A DNA stretch of 16,253 bases, taken from the NCBI GenBank assembly GCA_963977445.1, contig CAXBPH010000152.1, positions 1 through 16,253 on the forward strand, read 5' to 3'. This document shows positions 16,225 to 16,253 of this stretch, piece after piece. This DNA comes from an uncultured bacterium. Lineage in GTDB: Bacteria > Hydrogenedentota > Hydrogenedentia > Hydrogenedentales > JAEUWI01. The translations under genes and the position numbers were made by a program. Under the pieces are notes generated by a model, which was given only the letters and a program-made list of their open reading frames with translations, was not told the DNA's origin and searched no databases. The first letter of the stretch is position 1. The number at the start of each line of letters is the position of its first letter.

Positions 16225-16253
16225 TAACGCGAACACAGACACCGATGATACCC

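Noticed and set aside
1..16253. CRISPR array, rRNA, and the many short overlapping ORFs in the track
   Set aside because: No regularly spaced repeats or rRNA signatures were found. The short ORFs are shadows of better-supported genes.

Overview
Bacterial accessory region, probably from a Planctomycetes/Hydrogenedentes-like lineage (inferred only from gene families and repeat types). The first ~1.6 kb is the right end of an integrative element: a hypothetical gene plus a DUF1580-type HTH gene pointing at the displaced 3' half of tRNA-Pro(TGG), followed by a terminator. Next come two gene relics (a RAYT/Y1-transposase N-terminus and an ArsM-like fragment) and a secreted beta-helix protein. The most distinctive locus is a minus-strand four-gene operon: ArsR-family repressor, class I methyltransferase, SET/post-SET protein, and a non-canonical ArsM-like methyltransferase. 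It has a clear sigma70 promoter and a palindromic operator. The rest is a string of mostly stand-alone secreted or membrane proteins: ceramidase-like, alpha/beta-hydrolase-like, 7-blade Kelch, BNR/sialidase-like, CPBP protease and a hypothetical membrane protein. These are interspersed with scars: a head-to-head fusion of two truncated genes, a decayed tRNA-fMet 3' half with terminator, an integrase-core transposase relic, and three different REP-like palindromes. Family assignments come from motif recognition by eye; no database searches were run.
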